The notes beneath the pieces were generated by a model, which did no database searches, was not told the DNA's origin, and worked only from the letters and a program-made list of their open reading frames with translations. Made by a program: the position numbers and the translations under genes. DNA of 41,585 nt from a virus (Duplodnaviria; Caudoviricetes). Of the stretch, positions 16,313-24,715 are shown one piece after another. The DNA lies in the IMG/VR virus record IMGVR_UViG_3300037605_000066, positions 1 through 41,585 of that record. One strand, written 5' to 3'. Within the stretch, counting starts at the first letter, position 1; each line of letters opens with the position of its first letter.

Positions 16313-19300
16313 CGTTTAAGTCGCTGAGTTTTGACGGTGGAGTTTTTTCGGGTCGTTTGTCGGATCCGACGTTTTCGCGTGCGACGGCGTCGGTGAATGC
16401 GGATGGTTCGACGAGCGCGGCGAACGCGGTGCGGATCGGCAAGCCGACACTGATCGCGGATGCACCCGAGTTCTCGCGCGACATTGCGACGGCGAGCAAT
16501 CATCGGTTCATGGCGGCGGGGCTTTCGCGGGATAACGTGACGCGGGTGCGCGGGTTGTTTGAGGCGGCATCCGGTGAGCTGCAGATCTTCATCGATGACG
16601 ATTTGACGCCGACGCGGACGATCGATTGTTTGCGGGCGGATGACGGGGATGAGGACCTGGCGGCGAATCTTTCGGGTGTGACGCGGAAGGCGAACACGCG
16701 ATACGTGCCGCGGGTGATGAAGATTTGCTCGGGGTACATGGCGGTCGCTTGCCGGCGTGACGTCGACACGAACAGCGATGCGAGCAATCGGGCGTGGTCG
16801 GCTCGGGGAGTGAGCGTGTTGGTGTCGCAGGATGACGGGGTGACCTGGTCGTTTTTGCAGCACGTGGATGATGGTGATGATCCGGCGGGCGAGGCGGGTG
16901 CGAACGGGCTGGGCCGACTCAACGTGTGGGCTTTGTCGTTGTCTCCGCTGGAGGTTGTCGATGGGATCGTGCGGAAGATCGGCGTGAACCTGGTCGATTA
17001 TCAGGTGGGCGCGACGCGGGACGGGTTGCAGTTGTTTTTTGCGGAGGTGTCGCGCTCGACGGATACGGGCTCTTATACCGAGCGGGACCTGGTGACGGTG
17101 CTTTCGATCACCGGCGGGGATGCGGTGTTTCATGGGCACAGCGCGTATTCGTTTACATCCGGCGGTGATGTGCATTTGCTTTATGTGACGGGCGACACGA
17201 TCGGGAATCAATCGGTGGCGGTGCAGGTGTTTAGCTTGGCGACGTACGACACGGCGCTATCGACGACGCGGACCTTGTTGCATGGCGGCTCGACGGATCA
17301 GGGGGATGCGGCGCGGAGCGGGAATCAGTCGATCGGGTTTGTGCCTGGGCCGGATGATTTTACGGCGTTGTCGGGGGTTGATGATGCGTGCGGGGGGATT
17401 CAGCTTTTTCGTTATGACCCGAGCGGGCCGAGCTTGGAGATCGAGACGGTTTACGGGCTGGGGTCGGTCGATCGGACGGACTTGATCGTGACGCAGATCG
17501 ATTGTTTCGATGAGGGTCGGCGGGCTCATTATGTGGCGCGTGTGCATCCGGTGGGTGCGACGAGTTCGTGGCATGATGAGTTGGCGAGTCGGATCGTGTA
17601 TTCGCCGGACGGCAGGCGGTTTGCCGCGGTGTTGGCTCGGTCGAGTGATGATGCGGATTCGAATCCGGGCCCTTGCGCGACGGATGGCGTGAAGCTGTTT
17701 GTGGGCAATGGGCCGAGCGTGGGCGATGGGGTTTATTCGGCGGATGTGCCGCGGACGCGGTTGGTGAAGCCTGCGCTGCTGGCGGGTGGTGGACGCAACT
17801 ATGCGGACGGGACGGCGACGCCGGTGGGCCCGACGAACGACAACACGGTGACAGTGCAGTCTCGGTCTGGCGGCGAGGTGGTTGATCCTCGGACGAGTCT
17901 GCCGTTTGACGAGCAGCCGCCGGCGCTAGGGCAGGTGATCCGGTATGAGTTCGCGGGGAATGTGGTTTCGACGAAGCGGATGCGGCTGACAGGTACGACG
18001 GTGCCTTCGGGTCGGGTGACGGCTCGGGTGTGGCTTCGGTCGCTTGTGCCTGGGACGATGTTTTTGCAGACGCGGCTGGCGGGTAATGACGGGACGCAGC
18101 GAAACGGTGTGCTTCGGAACGTGGACATTCCGCAGAGCGATTCGTGGACGCCTTTGATCGTTGAGGATGATCTATCGGCGGCGACGGGGAACATGCTGAT
18201 CGAGTTGTTCGTGTCTCAGTTCGCTGCGGGGCCTGCGGATTTTCTGGTGGTGGTCGAGTACATCCGAATCGGCGGCGCAGAGCTTGGGTACGCGACGGCC
18301 GAGGGGACGACGTCGGCGGACGATGAGTTTTTGTCGGTGGGCGTGGACACCTTTGATGAGGCTTCGCTGGTGGCGGTGATGCCGATGCCGGCGGAGGGCT
18401 GGGATGCGACGCGGGATGCGAGCGCGGCGGGTACGACGGTGCCGGTGCTGACGTGGCGGCAGGACGCCACCAACTACATCGCGCTGTCGTATGAGCTGGA
18501 CACGAAGACGCTGGAGGCGGTGATGGTCGAGGGCGGCTCGACGCTGGGGACGGCGAGCGCGGCGTGTTTCCCGCTGCGTGATGACGTGGTGCGGGTTGGT
18601 TTGGTGTTGACGGCTTCGGGGTTGACGTTGCACGCGTTTGTCGGAGGCGGGCCGGTGGTGAGCGCGACGGTGACCGCGGCGAACGGGCTTAACGGGAAGC
18701 TCGATGAGGTTTGGCTGAATCGCGACGCGGCGGGGACGGGGTATGGGTCGGTGGGGGTTTCGGATTTGATCCTCGAGGGTGTTGCGTACGCTGCGAGTGA
18801 TGTTGCGTCGGCGCGAGGTTGGTGCGGGCGTCCGCCTGGGCTTTATTTGTTTGATCAGAGCGGTGGTGATGAGCTGGCTTCGCTGGCATTGCCTGGTGCG
18901 GGTGGTGCGTTTTCGTTTGATGTGGCGGGGCTGGGTTTGTCGGCGGGTTCGTATCAGTTTGGTGTGTCGGCGGTGAATGAGTATGGATGTGAGAGTGAGC
19001 GGGCGTTGATTAGCGTTGAGATTGATGCGGGTGGTGATTTGGCGGCGTTGATTGATGCTCGCGAGGTGCGGGCGGAGGCATTGGCGGGCGGATCGGTGGC
19101 GGTGAGTTGGGAGGCGTTTGCTTCGATTGCTGAGGCGAGCACGAGGACGGAGCCGGCGGAGTATGAGATTGCGGAGACGGGTGATTTGTCGAGTGTTTTG
19201 GCGACGGTGGCGTGGAATCCGACGCGGTATCACCGAGGGGAGCTTGGGCCTTATGCGGATGGGTTGACGAAGACGTTTGCGGTTCGTGCGAGTGATGGGG

Positions 19301-19419
19301 TGGTGAGTGGTGTGCGTGGGCCTTGGGTTGAGGCGGCGGCGGTGGTGACGGATGCGGTTGGGCCGGCGGTGCCTGATATTGATGAGGCGAGCTTGCCGGA
19401 GGGTTGTGGGTGTGATTAG
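16309..19419 (+). CDS. Large beta-rich protein (Asp-box/BNR, lectin-like and FN3-like domains)
   Basis: SQDDGVTW and YSPDGRRF Asp-boxes; YQFGVSAVNEYG and FAVRASDG FN3-like motifs; no signal peptide. Confidence 0.7.
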   Translation: MTFKSLSFDGGVFSGRLSDPTFSRATASVNADGSTSAANAVRIGKPTLIADAPEFSRDIATASNHRFMAAGLSRDNVTRVRGLFEAASGELQIFIDDDLTPTRTIDCLRADDGDEDLAANLSGVTRKANTRYVPRVMKICSGYMAVACRRDVDTNSDASNRAWSARGVSVLVSQDDGVTWSFLQHVDDGDDPAGEAGANGLGRLNVWALSLSPLEVVDGIVRKIGVNLVDYQVGATRDGLQLFFAEVSRSTDTGSYTERDLVTVLSITGGDAVFHGHSAYSFTSGGDVHLLYVTGDTIGNQSVAVQVFSLATYDTALSTTRTLLHGGSTDQGDAARSGNQSIGFVPGPDDFTALSGVDDACGGIQLFRYDPSGPSLEIETVYGLGSVDRTDLIVTQIDCFDEGRRAHYVARVHPVGATSSWHDELASRIVYSPDGRRFAAVLARSSDDADSNPGPCATDGVKLFVGNGPSVGDGVYSADVPRTRLVKPALLAGGGRNYADGTATPVGPTNDNTVTVQSRSGGEVVDPRTSLPFDEQPPALGQVIRYEFAGNVVSTKRMRLTGTTVPSGRVTARVWLRSLVPGTMFLQTRLAGNDGTQRNGVLRNVDIPQSDSWTPLIVEDDLSAATGNMLIELFVSQFAAGPADFLVVVEYIRIGGAELGYATAEGTTSADDEFLSVGVDTFDEASLVAVMPMPAEGWDATRDASAAGTTVPVLTWRQDATNYIALSYELDTKTLEAVMVEGGSTLGTASAACFPLRDDVVRVGLVLTASGLTLHAFVGGGPVVSATVTAANGLNGKLDEVWLNRDAAGTGYGSVGVSDLILEGVAYAASDVASARGWCGRPPGLYLFDQSGGDELASLALPGAGGAFSFDVAGLGLSAGSYQFGVSAVNEYGCESERALISVEIDAGGDLAALIDAREVRAEALAGGSVAVSWEAFASIAEASTRTEPAEYEIAETGDLSSVLATVAWNPTRYHRGELGPYADGLTKTFAVRASDGVVSGVRGPWVEAAAVVTDAVGPAVPDIDEASLPEGCGCD

Positions 19420-19524
19420 TGGGGTTGTGCTAAGCCGCAAGCGGCTGAGTGTGGATCCGCCCGCTGAAGCGGGCTCCGCCTGGGTGCGGTTTTTGATGGT
19501 TTGTGGTGATGGTGGACAAGGAAG

Positions 19525-19580
19525 GCCCGGCGGGCGGTGGGTTTAACCCTGAGCGTGGACGGCGCAACCGTCCGCCGGGC
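19525..19580 (+). ncRNA. Structured intergenic element (three-way-junction-like)
   Basis: 14-bp stem 19525-19538/19567-19580 enclosing GGGTTTAACCC and GCGTGGACGGCG. Confidence 0.45.
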
Positions 19581-19609
19581 ACTTTATGAAGGTATCAGGT
19601 GGTGGTGGC

Positions 19610-20422
19610 ATGGCGAAGACCCCCGGAAGTAAAACGAAGAAGGCGACGAGGAAGCGTGCTAAGCCGCAAGCGGCGAAGAAGAAGCGGGCGCGGAAGAAGG
19701 TGGACCCCGGAAGTTCGGCACAAGGTGCTAAGCCGCGAGCGGCTGGGGGAGCGCGTGGGAAGTCGAAGCCCAAGTCGGCTAAAGCCGGCTCGCCTGGTGG
19801 GGGTGGGGCAGGTGGGCTCGAGTTGAAGATGGTGGCGGCGGGGGAGTTGGTGGGGCATCCGGATAATTGGCGGGTTCATCCGCCGAGCCAGGTGCAGGCG
19901 TTTGAGGCGGTGGTGGGTGAGGTTGGGTTTGTGGGGTACGTGGTCGTGAACCGGCGGACGGGGCACGTGCTGGATGGTCATATGCGTAAGGATGCGGTGC
20001 CGGCGGAGACGCTGGTGCCGGTGCTGTATGGGGACTGGTCGGAGGATCAGGAGCGATTGGTGCTGGCGACGTTTAACCCGCTGGGGGATCTGGCGGGTTT
20101 GGATGTGGCGAAGGGTCAGGCGCTGCTTGAGTGTGTGGCGAGTGGTGAGCCGGCGGTGCAGGCGTTACTAGAGGGGATTGAGCAGGATGTGGAGCGTGCG
20201 TTGGCGAAGGCTCGGCGGGCGGAGCCGGCCCCCGGAAGTGATGAGGACCGCGGCGATGATGGCGCGGGTGAGGGTGGCGGATCTTCGAAGGCGGAGAAGG
20301 ACGTGCAGGCGGTGCACCGGGTGATGATCGAATGCTCGGACAAGCTGGATCAGTTGACGCTGGTGCAGCGGTTTAAGGCAGAGGGGTATGAGTCGGTGAA
20401 GGCTTGTGGGGGAGGTGGGTGA
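19610..20422 (+). CDS. ParB/Srx-like N-terminal-domain protein with Lys-rich tail
   Basis: LVGHPDNWRVH, VVVNRRTGHVLDGHMR, LATFNPL. Confidence 0.8.
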   Translation: MAKTPGSKTKKATRKRAKPQAAKKKRARKKVDPGSSAQGAKPRAAGGARGKSKPKSAKAGSPGGGGAGGLELKMVAAGELVGHPDNWRVHPPSQVQAFEAVVGEVGFVGYVVVNRRTGHVLDGHMRKDAVPAETLVPVLYGDWSEDQERLVLATFNPLGDLAGLDVAKGQALLECVASGEPAVQALLEGIEQDVERALAKARRAEPAPGSDEDRGDDGAGEGGGSSKAEKDVQAVHRVMIECSDKLDQLTLVQRFKAEGYESVKACGGGG

Positions 20423-21084
20423 TGGCTGAGAAGCGGACGGTGGATTGTGGGAGCGCTAAGCCGCGAGCGGCGGGGAGGGGGGCGCGGTCGAGGTTGGGTC
20501 GTAAGTCTGAGAAGTCGGGGGGTAAGTCTGAGACGATGGGTGAGCCGCGGTTGGAAGTTTGGTCGGCGGAGAAGTTGAAGGCGCATCCGTTGAATATGCG
20601 GACGCACCCGGCGAGCCAGCGGGCGGCGCTGGATGCGGTCATGGATCGCGCGGGGTGGGCTGGTGCGGTGATTGTGAATGAGCGGACGGGGCATGTGATC
20701 GATGGGCACTTGCGGATGGAGCGGGCGCTGGAGACGGGGGAGGATGTGCCGGTGTTGCTGTTTGATCTGCCGGCGGATCGTGAGCACCTGGCGTTGGCGA
20801 CGCATGACGCGCTGGCGCGGTGGGCGGAGGGTGATTCGGAGAAGTATGGCGAGCTGGCTGGGGAGGTGGCGGCGGCGTTTGAGGGGCTGGGGGATGAGCT
20901 GGCCGGGGTGATGGCGGATGTGCGGGCGGAGCTCGCTGGGGAGGATCAGCGGAAGGCGTCGGCGGCGAGCGAGGCGGCGGCTGGGTATTGGGTGAGTGTG
21001 GAGTGCGGTAGCGAGGCAGAGCAGAAGCGGGTGTATGAGAAAATGAAGGCGGAGGGGCGGGGGTGCAGGGTGTTGACGGTATGA
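20422..21084 (+). CDS. Second ParB/Srx-like protein (paralogue)
   Basis: LKAHPLNMRTH, VIVNERTGHVIDGHLR; C-terminal VECGSEAEQ similar to IECSDKLDQ of the first copy. Confidence 0.8.
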   Translation: MAEKRTVDCGSAKPRAAGRGARSRLGRKSEKSGGKSETMGEPRLEVWSAEKLKAHPLNMRTHPASQRAALDAVMDRAGWAGAVIVNERTGHVIDGHLRMERALETGEDVPVLLFDLPADREHLALATHDALARWAEGDSEKYGELAGEVAAAFEGLGDELAGVMADVRAELAGEDQRKASAASEAAAGYWVSVECGSEAEQKRVYEKMKAEGRGCRVLTV

Positions 21085-21332
21085 CGAGTGCGACGTTTGC
21101 AGATATTGAGGCTTATCACCGGTCGGGCGGGCGGTTTGATATGGAAGAGGTGCCGGACGGGCTGGTGTTTACCTGGCACGGCGGGGATCTGGTGATGATG
21201 ACGATGGAGCTGGTCGCGGAGTTTGAACGGCGGCGGATGTGGGAGCGCATGCCGTGGGTTTTTGAACGGTTGGGCGTGGTGCCTGGGATGGGCGCTATTT
21301 TGTATCGGAAGCTGGGGGAGCGGGCGTATTGA
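21081..21332 (+). CDS. Hypothetical protein
   Basis: ATGA-coupled. Confidence 0.6.
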   Translation: MTSATFADIEAYHRSGGRFDMEEVPDGLVFTWHGGDLVMMTMELVAEFERRRMWERMPWVFERLGVVPGMGAILYRKLGERAY

Positions 21333-21552
21333 TGCGGTCTATTTCTGCGTTGAATTTTTTGATGTGTGGTTTAACTTCAATCTCGAATTGCTTGAATACC
21401 TGGCCGATTTTTTGCATGGTCTTTGTGATTGATCCCGCCATCATTTTGACGCGTTCTTTCACTTCGTCGTCTGTCATGTCTTCGGTATCGATGCCGATCT
21501 TTTTGAGTCGAAAACGGGCGATTGATACGTTAGTGTCGATGGGCTCTTGCAT
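21295..21552 (-). CDS. Small helical protein, antisense to the operon
   Basis: Fills the gap between + genes; Lys/Glu/Ile-rich amphipathic sequence; AT-richer than flanks. Confidence 0.6.
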   Translation of the reverse strand: MQEPIDTNVSIARFRLKKIGIDTEDMTDDEVKERVKMMAGSITKTMQKIGQVFKQFEIEVKPHIKKFNAEIDRINTPAPPASDTK

Positions 21553-21566
21553 GGTTGGAGTTTAGC

Positions 21567-22739
21567 ATGCCGAAGGTTGATGAGGTGGTTGAGTGTGAGG
21601 TGGCGCGGTCGTTTGCTGTTGATCAGGCGGCGGGGATGTTTGATGTGAAGCTCGAGGAGAAGAGCCGGACGCGGATACGGGGGGAGTTGCCTGGGCTGGA
21701 TGAGGATTGGGTGATAGGGGCGGTGATCGGGCCCAGCGGGAGCGGGAAGGGGACGGTGACGCGGGCGGTGTATGGGGATGATTTTTTGGAGGTGCGTGAG
21801 AATAAGGCGACGCCGTTTGAATGGGACAAGGCGAAGGCGATCGTGGATGGGTTTGGTGATGCTCCGTTGCAGGAGGTGACGGCGCTGCTGGGGAGTGTTG
21901 GGCTGGCGACGCCGCCGGCGTGGGTGCGGCCTTATGCGGCGTTGAGCACGGGGCAGCGGTTCCGGGCGGATCTTGCGCGGGCGTTGATGCTGGATCGCGA
22001 GCTGGTGGCGTTCGATGAGTTTGGGGGGACGGTGAGCGAGGATGTGGCGAACGTGTGCGCGGCGACGGTGGCGAAGACGGTGAGGAAGGGGCGGAGCAGG
22101 TGCCGGCGATTTGTGGCGGTTGGTGCGCGGGATAATTTTGTTGATTGGTTGGGGCCGGATTGGGTGTTGGATATGTCGAGGCAGCCGGGCGTGCTGGAGT
22201 GGCGCGCAAGGGGGCGGGTTCGGCCCCCCGGAAGTGCTAAGCCGCAAGCGGCGGGGGGATCTTCCGGGGGCGGTGGGCGGCCGGGGGTTGATTTTGAGGT
22301 GCGGCGGTGCGGGCGTGAGGCTTGGCCGATGTTTGCTGCGCATCACTATTTGAGCGGTTCGCTGGTGGTGGGTGCGAAGTGTTATGTGGCGCGGGTGAAG
22401 CCGGCGGGGGCGGCGGATTGGTCGGTGGCGGGGTTTTGTGCGACGGCGCAGAACCCGGGGCACGTGGGGTATCGGCGGATTCATCGGCTGGTGGTTTTGC
22501 CTGATTGGCAGGGGCTCGGGATCGGGGGACGGTTGCTGGATGCGGTGGCTGCGGTGGAGGCGGTGCGGTCGAAGGTGTCGATCACGACGAGTCATCCGGC
22601 GCTGATGAATGTGTTGGGGCGGAGCGATCGGTGGCGGCTGTCGAGTCAGACGAAGGGCTGGTCGAAGCAGACGAATAAGAAGATCGTGGGCGGGGGGAGT
22701 TTTGGGCGTGTGGTGGCGAGTTTCCGGTGGGTTGGATAG
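21567..22739 (+). CDS. ABC-type ATPase fused to GNAT (Mom-like) acetyltransferase
   Basis: Walker A GPSGSGKG, LSTGQ signature, Walker B VAFDEF; HHYL and RLVVLPDWQGLGIG acetyl-CoA motif. Confidence 0.88.
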   Translation: MPKVDEVVECEVARSFAVDQAAGMFDVKLEEKSRTRIRGELPGLDEDWVIGAVIGPSGSGKGTVTRAVYGDDFLEVRENKATPFEWDKAKAIVDGFGDAPLQEVTALLGSVGLATPPAWVRPYAALSTGQRFRADLARALMLDRELVAFDEFGGTVSEDVANVCAATVAKTVRKGRSRCRRFVAVGARDNFVDWLGPDWVLDMSRQPGVLEWRARGRVRPPGSAKPQAAGGSSGGGGRPGVDFEVRRCGREAWPMFAAHHYLSGSLVVGAKCYVARVKPAGAADWSVAGFCATAQNPGHVGYRRIHRLVVLPDWQGLGIGGRLLDAVAAVEAVRSKVSITTSHPALMNVLGRSDRWRLSSQTKGWSKQTNKKIVGGGSFGRVVASFRWVG

Positions 22740-22840
22740 GCCGGGGAAAAGTTTTTTATCTCTGAATCAGTGACCGCGGCCAGCTAGAGGGGTCTGCGGC
22801 GGTTTTTCCTTGTTTTTAGCCGATTTTTGGGCGAAGGGTC

Positions 22841-22868
22841 TAGGCACGGGTGGCCCGATGTCTATAAT
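22841..22868 (+). promoter_or_regulatory. Sigma70-like promoter of the DUF932 island
   Basis: TAGGCA-N16-TATAAT, then an unstructured A/C-rich leader and GGAG RBS. Confidence 0.65.
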
Positions 22869-22916
22869 AGGGACAGTTAAAGGGAACAAAACAAACCACC
22901 AACACGGAGCCTCATT

Positions 22917-23126
22917 ATGACCAACGCAACTTTGACAACTGAACGCGAAACGCTGCCAAGCAAGCTGGCGGATCAGATCGTGGAGCTTTACAAGGCGGAC
23001 GCTTTTGGGGACGTGCATGATTCGTTTTTGTTGGCCTGGCATGAAGTGGCGCAGCGTAACGGGATGTATGCGGATAGCGATGTGATGCGTGAAGCGGGGC
23101 GGATGGCTTGGGTTGAAGTTGGTTGA
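22917..23126 (+). CDS. Small hypothetical protein
   Basis: Clear RBS and promoter upstream. Confidence 0.75.
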   Translation: MTNATLTTERETLPSKLADQIVELYKADAFGDVHDSFLLAWHEVAQRNGMYADSDVMREAGRMAWVEVG

Positions 23127-23133
23127 TTGATGT

Positions 23134-23170
23134 GCCGTCGTCGTCGGCTTAGCGGCTGGCGGTGGCTTTT
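23134..23170 (+). terminator. Terminator-like hairpin
   Basis: GCCGTCGTC...GGCGGTGGC stem followed by T4. Confidence 0.5.
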
Positions 23171-23209
23171 CACCCTTAACCGCGGCAAAGCCGCAGAATC
23201 GAGATAGTT

Positions 23210-24205
23210 ATGAGCCATGAGATTGATATGAGTAACGGACGCGCGAATGTGATGGTTGCCGGTGAAGCCCCTTGGCATCGCCTGGGTGTGAATGTAGATC
23301 GGGCGCAAACGTCGGATGAAGCGATTGGTTTGGCGGGTCTTGACTGGCGGGTTGAGTCTTGGCCGGTGCGTGCGTTTGATGCGGAGACGGATCGGAGTAT
23401 CCATGTGCCGAATAAGGTGGCGTTGGTGCGTGACGATACGAAGGCGGTGGTGGGGGTGCATAGTGAGAGTTACGCGCCGTTACAGAACCGCGATGCGTTT
23501 GGATTTATGGATTCGCTGGTGCAGGATGATGTGCTGCGATATGAGACGGCTGGGAGTTTGAAGGGCGGGAAGGTGATTTGGATGCTGGCGAAGTTGCCAG
23601 GGTCGATCGAGTTGGCTGGTGGGGCGGATGTTTCGCATCCGTATATGTTGCTGAGTAATTCACATGACGGGACGCAGGCGATTCGGGTGATGCCGACGGC
23701 GGTGCGTGTGGTGTGTCAAAACACGCTGCGGATGGCGCATGGTCGGCGAGGTCAGCGCGGGTTGAGTATCCGGCATACGGGGCGCATTGAGTCGAAGATT
23801 GCTGAGGCTCGCGAGGTGTTGGGTCTGGCGGTGAAACAGACAAAGGCTTACGGCGAGCAGGTAAGCGCGCTTGCTGGCAAGTCGTTGAAGCGGGCTGAGG
23901 CGTTGGCATATTTTGAGGGTGTTGTGCCGATTGAGCGTGGGGCTAGTGAGCGGACGAAGCGTGCGGTGGATAAGACGCGTGGGCGATTGATGGAGTTGTT
24001 TATGGATGAGCCAGCGAACACGCTGAAGGGTATTGAGGGGACGGCCTGGGCAGCGTTGAATGCGGTGACGCAGTATGTGGATCATGAGGCTCGTGCGATG
24101 GGGCAAGGGGCGATGAAGGATGAGAACCGTTTGCGATCGTCTTGGTTTGGTCAGGGTGACGCGATGAAGTCGGATGCGTTTGAGGATGCGTTGGACTTGT
24201 TGTGA
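23210..24205 (+). CDS. DUF932 family phage/plasmid protein
   Basis: PWHRLG, AGLDWRV, YAPLQNRDAF, ETAGSLKGGK, NSHDG, RVVCQNTL, GTAWAALNAVTQYVDH. Confidence 0.92.
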   Translation: MSHEIDMSNGRANVMVAGEAPWHRLGVNVDRAQTSDEAIGLAGLDWRVESWPVRAFDAETDRSIHVPNKVALVRDDTKAVVGVHSESYAPLQNRDAFGFMDSLVQDDVLRYETAGSLKGGKVIWMLAKLPGSIELAGGADVSHPYMLLSNSHDGTQAIRVMPTAVRVVCQNTLRMAHGRRGQRGLSIRHTGRIESKIAEAREVLGLAVKQTKAYGEQVSALAGKSLKRAEALAYFEGVVPIERGASERTKRAVDKTRGRLMELFMDEPANTLKGIEGTAWAALNAVTQYVDHEARAMGQGAMKDENRLRSSWFGQGDAMKSDAFEDALDLL

Positions 24206-24219
24206 TGATGGAGTGGGGT

Positions 24220-24260
24220 AGCCGGTGGTGGGTGAAAGCCCGTCGCTGGCTTTGTTGTTG
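24220..24260 (+). terminator. Intrinsic terminator
   Basis: AGCCGGTGGTGGG-tgaaag-CCCGTCGCTGGCT followed by a T-rich tail. Confidence 0.6.
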
Positions 24261-24315
24261 GTTATGCGTGTGATGGTGTGTATTGTGTAGAGTAATAGGG
24301 AACAGGTGAGGCGCT

Positions 24316-24564
24316 ATGTCCAGACCATTGACGACGACCGACGGGCCGCTTGAGCATGAGGTGCGTGCGCGGCTGTCGCTGCGTCAGCGAAAGCTGTTGG
24401 ATGCGTTGCATGATGTGATGGTGAAGGATGAGGCGAAGCAGGCGAAGGCGGAGGGGCGGGGTACAGTGAAGATAACTGAGGCTCATGTGATGCGTTTGGC
24501 GCTGGATCACCTGGTGGATACGCATGAAGGTTTCGCTGGGTTAAAGAAGAAGGTGAAGCGATGA
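24316..24564 (+). CDS. Small ribbon-helix-helix-like regulator
   Basis: EVRARLS strand plus two helices (TEAHVMRLALDHL); GAGG RBS. Confidence 0.6.
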   Translation: MSRPLTTTDGPLEHEVRARLSLRQRKLLDALHDVMVKDEAKQAKAEGRGTVKITEAHVMRLALDHLVDTHEGFAGLKKKVKR

Positions 24565-24589
24565 GGCTAGGCGAGGCGTCAAGCGTTCA

Positions 24590-24700
24590 GGGGGCAGGGG
24601 GGTGGGGTCTAAAGGTACTTTGGACGGGGGATAGGGGTCCTGCGGGGGATATGACGTGCAGGCTAGGGCGCTTTTTTTTTTGCCCGACTTTGGGTTGTGA
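24590..24700 (+). other. Putative cos (packaging) region
   Basis: Non-coding gap before the small terminase containing GGGTCCT (24635-24641, same as lambda cosQ), related AGGTACT, and a T-run. Confidence 0.55.
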
Positions 24701-24715
24701 GGTTGTTAACAATCG

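Larger units (their letters stand above)
4003..22270 (+). repeat. Dispersed repeat family D: (GG)CCCCCGGAAGT, about 10 copies, often next to family A
   Basis: Copies at 4003, 4322, 7216, 8509, 12388, 19620, 19705, 20227, 22223; variants near 1959 and 6226; inverted copies at 5268 and 22261. Confidence 0.85.

Noticed and set aside
23134-23194. Minus-strand copy of repeat A (CGGCTTAGC) and GCGGC-AAA-GCCGC
   Set aside because: Only 9 nt match and better explained as part of a terminator-like hairpin.
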